From positions 1 through 48,331 of the forward strand of contig CAZIHD010000002.1 in the NCBI GenBank assembly GCA_964539015.1: DNA of 48,331 nt, written 5' to 3'. Position numbers and translations under genes: made by a program. The stretch is from an uncultured Gammaproteobacteria bacterium (GTDB lineage Bacteria; Patescibacteriota; Patescibacteriia; Patescibacteriales; UBA12465). Shown here one piece after another: positions 45,717 through 48,331 of this stretch; position 1 is the stretch's first letter; each line of letters begins with the position of its first letter. Under the pieces are notes generated by a model. It searched no databases. It saw only the letters and a list, made by a program, of their open reading frames with translations, and had not been told where the DNA came from.

Positions 45717-45740
45717 AAGAGCCCCGATAACGGAGCTCTT
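45717..45740 (-). terminator. Terminator hairpin after the beta-helix gene
   Basis: aagagc-c-ccg-ataa-cgg-a-gctctt is followed by a T5 run on the minus strand. Confidence 0.5.
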
Positions 45741-45763
45741 AAAGAATAAATAAAGGCTTTTTT

Positions 45764-47902
45764 TTATTTTATATTAATTTCGCCGACCGGAATCTTATAA
45801 ATATTAACATTAGAGACACCGAGAGCCAGACTGCGGAAAAGAGTCATTAAGCTCTCTTGGCTGACATCATGGCGATAACCGTCAACATCCACATAACTGA
45901 TATTACCGCTCTTCTCTACCCTCAACAGAAATTTACCGGCCAAGCGCTTGCGTAAAACCGTATCGCCTTTAACTCCGCTTTCTTTGGTCGGAATCTTATT
46001 TAAATTTGCTTCGCTGATGCCGATTGAAAATTTACGGAATAAAGCCAAAGCATTGCTCTGCGTCACCAAATAACGCTGGCCATTAATTACGTACCAAATA
46101 TTACCTTTATTTTCAACCTGCAAAAGCAGGCGGCCGGTCAAACGAGTAATTAATTTAGAATCGGCGGCCAGGCTCGCTTTCTTTTCGGCGGCAATAATAT
46201 TGGCCGTTGTATCTTCATTGCGGGTAATGGTAACTGCCACCGGCTGGCTGGTCTGACCGCTGACTTGATCATAAGCGTTAAATTGCCAGGAGTTCTTGCC
46301 TAAGCTCAAACTTAACGTATAAGTCCAGTCGGTATCGCTGTTAGCCGGAATAATCTCTTTGCCGTCAAGCAAAAGACTGCTGTTGGCCGGTTTGACTCCT
46401 TTCAAAATAACTTGGCTGGCCGTGGTGGTCTTGGCATAAGTTTCAACGGCTAAAGAACCGATGGCGGCAAAGCGATTAATCGCAATCTTTTGGCTGGCGC
46501 CGGCATTGCCGCTTTCATCTTTATAATAAATATTAAAAGTATTGCTACCGATATCCAGATCCGTCTGATATGACCAGCTGATACTATTTACATCGGCCTT
46601 AGTGTCTTCATCATTGACAAATACGGAAGTGCCGAAAGGCTTTAAGCCGGAAAGATAGACTCGGGAAACGGTCGTCGTCCCGTCAAAAGTATCTAGAATC
46701 GGCGCGATAATACTATCAACATAAGCTTCCTGCTTTAAAAAAGGATTGTATTTTACCGGATAGCTGACAGTGGTGCTGGCCGTCCCGGAAGCGATAGCGG
46801 TGGTTAAAAAGCTCTTTTCGATAGCATTGGCCGTCGTCCCTCCCCAATAATTGCCGGTGGCCGGTAAATTATAAACCAGATTATAAAGATTATGGGTCTT
46901 GTTATTAAAAATGTTATTGGCGGTTAACAGTAAAGGCGTCTGACTGATTTGCAAACCGGTATCGGCGTTATTTTTAATATTATTCTGAATAACGGCCGTT
47001 TCCATAGCCGAGAGAGCCAGGCCGACATTATTATTATTCAAATCATTATTTTGGACGACATGGCCGCGTCCGGCCGCCAAAAAGATGGCGGTGCCGGAAT
47101 TATAACGGATGGTGTTGTCGGTAATGATAACGTTATCGCCGTTAGCGGCCTGGATGCCGATTGAACTGCCGCTAATCGTATTCTTATCAATGTAAGCGGT
47201 TATTACCTTATTACCGATATAAGAATAACCGACCGGCGTAATTACATAATCCTGGCCGTTATTACGGTTAACGGCAATACCAATACCGTTATCACTGAAA
47301 GTGTTGCCGGAGACATACATCGGTGTAACCCTGGAATCATTATTACTCGTAGCCGCGGAACCGAGAATCAGACCGCCGACAGAGCTCGAAGTACCGGTAA
47401 TATATAAACCGACGGAATTATTAACAAATTGACTGGCGGTGATATAAGGGCTGGCGTCATTACATTTTACCCCTTCGCTAAATTTAATGATTGCATTTTT
47501 GATAATGCTGCCGTTAATGTAATTGCCGTTGCTAAAATCAGCGCTGACGGCATTGGTACCGAATTCAATTCCGCCCCAAAGTCCGGAAGTAGACGTGGCG
47601 GAAGATAAAGAGTTAAGAGTTAACATTACCGGATCGGCGGCGGTGCCGAGGATATCCAGCTCGCCGTTAACCAAAAGTTTGGCGCCGGGGCTGAAACGGA
47701 CTTCCGTGCCGGCATTGATTTTCAGGGTTGCTCCCTTGGCCACCTCTAAAGTTCCGGTAATCAGATACGGGCTTTCTTCCGGAGTCCAGATGGGATTAGT
47801 AATGCTGCCGCTGGAGACATTGGTATCGGCCGCCGCCCGGTTCCAAGGAATAAGGCAAAAGCAAGCCAATATTAATAAGGAAAACTTGGCATTTTTAAAC
47901 AT
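45764..47902 (-). CDS. Secreted right-handed parallel beta-helix (PbH1/NosD-like) protein with duplicated C-terminal domain
   Basis: It has a signal peptide and repeated N-x-I/F-x-x-N-x-x-G-I turns (NTFSDNGIGIAV, NTISGSSIGIQA, NNIKNNADTGLQI). Two modules of about 55 aa (GRLLLQVENKGNIWYV / GKFLLRVEKSGNISYV) lie at 45767-46144. Confidence 0.7.
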   Translation of the reverse strand: MFKNAKFSLLILACFCLIPWNRAAADTNVSSGSITNPIWTPEESPYLITGTLEVAKGATLKINAGTEVRFSPGAKLLVNGELDILGTAADPVMLTLNSLSSATSTSGLWGGIEFGTNAVSADFSNGNYINGSIIKNAIIKFSEGVKCNDASPYITASQFVNNSVGLYITGTSSSVGGLILGSAATSNNDSRVTPMYVSGNTFSDNGIGIAVNRNNGQDYVITPVGYSYIGNKVITAYIDKNTISGSSIGIQAANGDNVIITDNTIRYNSGTAIFLAAGRGHVVQNNDLNNNNVGLALSAMETAVIQNNIKNNADTGLQISQTPLLLTANNIFNNKTHNLYNLVYNLPATGNYWGGTTANAIEKSFLTTAIASGTASTTVSYPVKYNPFLKQEAYVDSIIAPILDTFDGTTTVSRVYLSGLKPFGTSVFVNDEDTKADVNSISWSYQTDLDIGSNTFNIYYKDESGNAGASQKIAINRFAAIGSLAVETYAKTTTASQVILKGVKPANSSLLLDGKEIIPANSDTDWTYTLSLSLGKNSWQFNAYDQVSGQTSQPVAVTITRNEDTTANIIAAEKKASLAADSKLITRLTGRLLLQVENKGNIWYVINGQRYLVTQSNALALFRKFSIGISEANLNKIPTKESGVKGDTVLRKRLAGKFLLRVEKSGNISYVDVDGYRHDVSQESLMTLFRSLALGVSNVNIYKIPVGEINIK

Positions 47903-47930
47903 ATTTTTATTAGTTGAATTATTTGTTTAA

Positions 47931-47939
47931 ATTATAGCA
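47931..47939 (-). promoter_or_regulatory. Extended -10 TGCTATAAT
   Basis: This is the reverse complement of attatagca, 28 nt upstream of the ATG at 47902. Confidence 0.5.
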
Positions 47940-48331
47940 CGATTCCTTATTTTTCTTCAATAAAAAAACAGATATAAAAAAACCGACTCCTTAAAGGGGT
48001 TGATCTTTTTTCTCGTATTTGCAAAATTGTAAAATCCGATAAGCACTTTCTAACTGCCGGCCATATTCATCAAAAAACTTTTTCTCGTCCAGATCTTTCA
48101 ATTACCCGGCTAATTAATCAGCAAAATCGGTGGCTTTAACCTGTACTTTAATAATTTCATTTATATAAGTTCAGGGTTTTATTTTTTCAGTTAAATTCTT
48201 GCTTCGCCATTTCCCAAATATATCTGATGTTTAAAGTTATGATATAAGGCACTAATCATAGGCGTATTGTCAGAAGATGTTTGACGGATTAATAATTTCT
48301 GTAAATTTCTAGCCCAAAATTTTTGTGAAGC

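Noticed and set aside
47988-48020. Terminator upstream of the beta-helix gene (aaccgactcc-ttaaa-ggggttgatctttttt)
   Set aside because: The stem needs two G-U pairs and works only on the plus strand, where no gene ends. It is too weak to call.
1-48331. Alternative genetic code (UGA recoding, as in some CPR lineages)
   Set aside because: TGA is used as a stop (for example at 215-217 and 1551-1553), and all long conserved genes read through intact with the standard code.
1-48331. Prophage, IS element, integrase or transposase
   Set aside because: No recombinase, capsid, terminase or transposase-like translation was seen in any listed ORF. The islands are called on composition, content and tRNA/repeat context only.

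Overview
This is a compact, almost gap-free bacterial chromosome segment. It uses the standard code, with TGA as a stop at 215 and 1551. Most genes are on the minus strand. Gene content and style suggest a Patescibacteria/CPR-like organism, but this is inference only because no rRNA is present. The supporting traits are DUF3048, Wzy-like membrane proteins with TPR tails, a giant LamG/LTD surface protein, mostly SD-less AT-rich leaders and a recurrent TGCTATAAT promoter box. The core genes are a pyrimidine-dimer glycosylase, lysS, greA, rpmE, prfA-prmC, rplY, a SEDS protein, a class I aldolase, dnaE, parA-parB, mnmA, dtd and RNase P RNA. There are also two glycan-assembly clusters (8215-13376 and 34337-38054) and a surface-protein locus (38825-47902). 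Two regions look clearly lower in GC by eye (not computed), and each abuts a tRNA gene. Island 1 (1-5650, next to tRNA-Gln) carries a three-gene module of two Pol-beta nucleotidyltransferases plus a SLOG/DprA-like protein. It also carries an FGase-like hydrolase, an HExxH peptidase, a Cys-rich lipoprotein and an HTH-Fic protein with a degenerate active site. Island 2 (28414-32328, next to tRNA-Leu) carries an HTH-fused m5C methyltransferase, a restriction endonuclease and a canonical Fic protein. The 3' end of tRNA-Leu plus its terminator is duplicated as a 90-bp direct repeat flanking a structured GC-rich 102-nt insert. A 45-bp repeat is shared by both islands. No integrase, transposase, CRISPR array or rRNA was seen. 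The best candidate for an undescribed system is the NTase-NTase-SLOG operon at 215-2024. Family assignments come from motif reading only and need HMM or structure searches.
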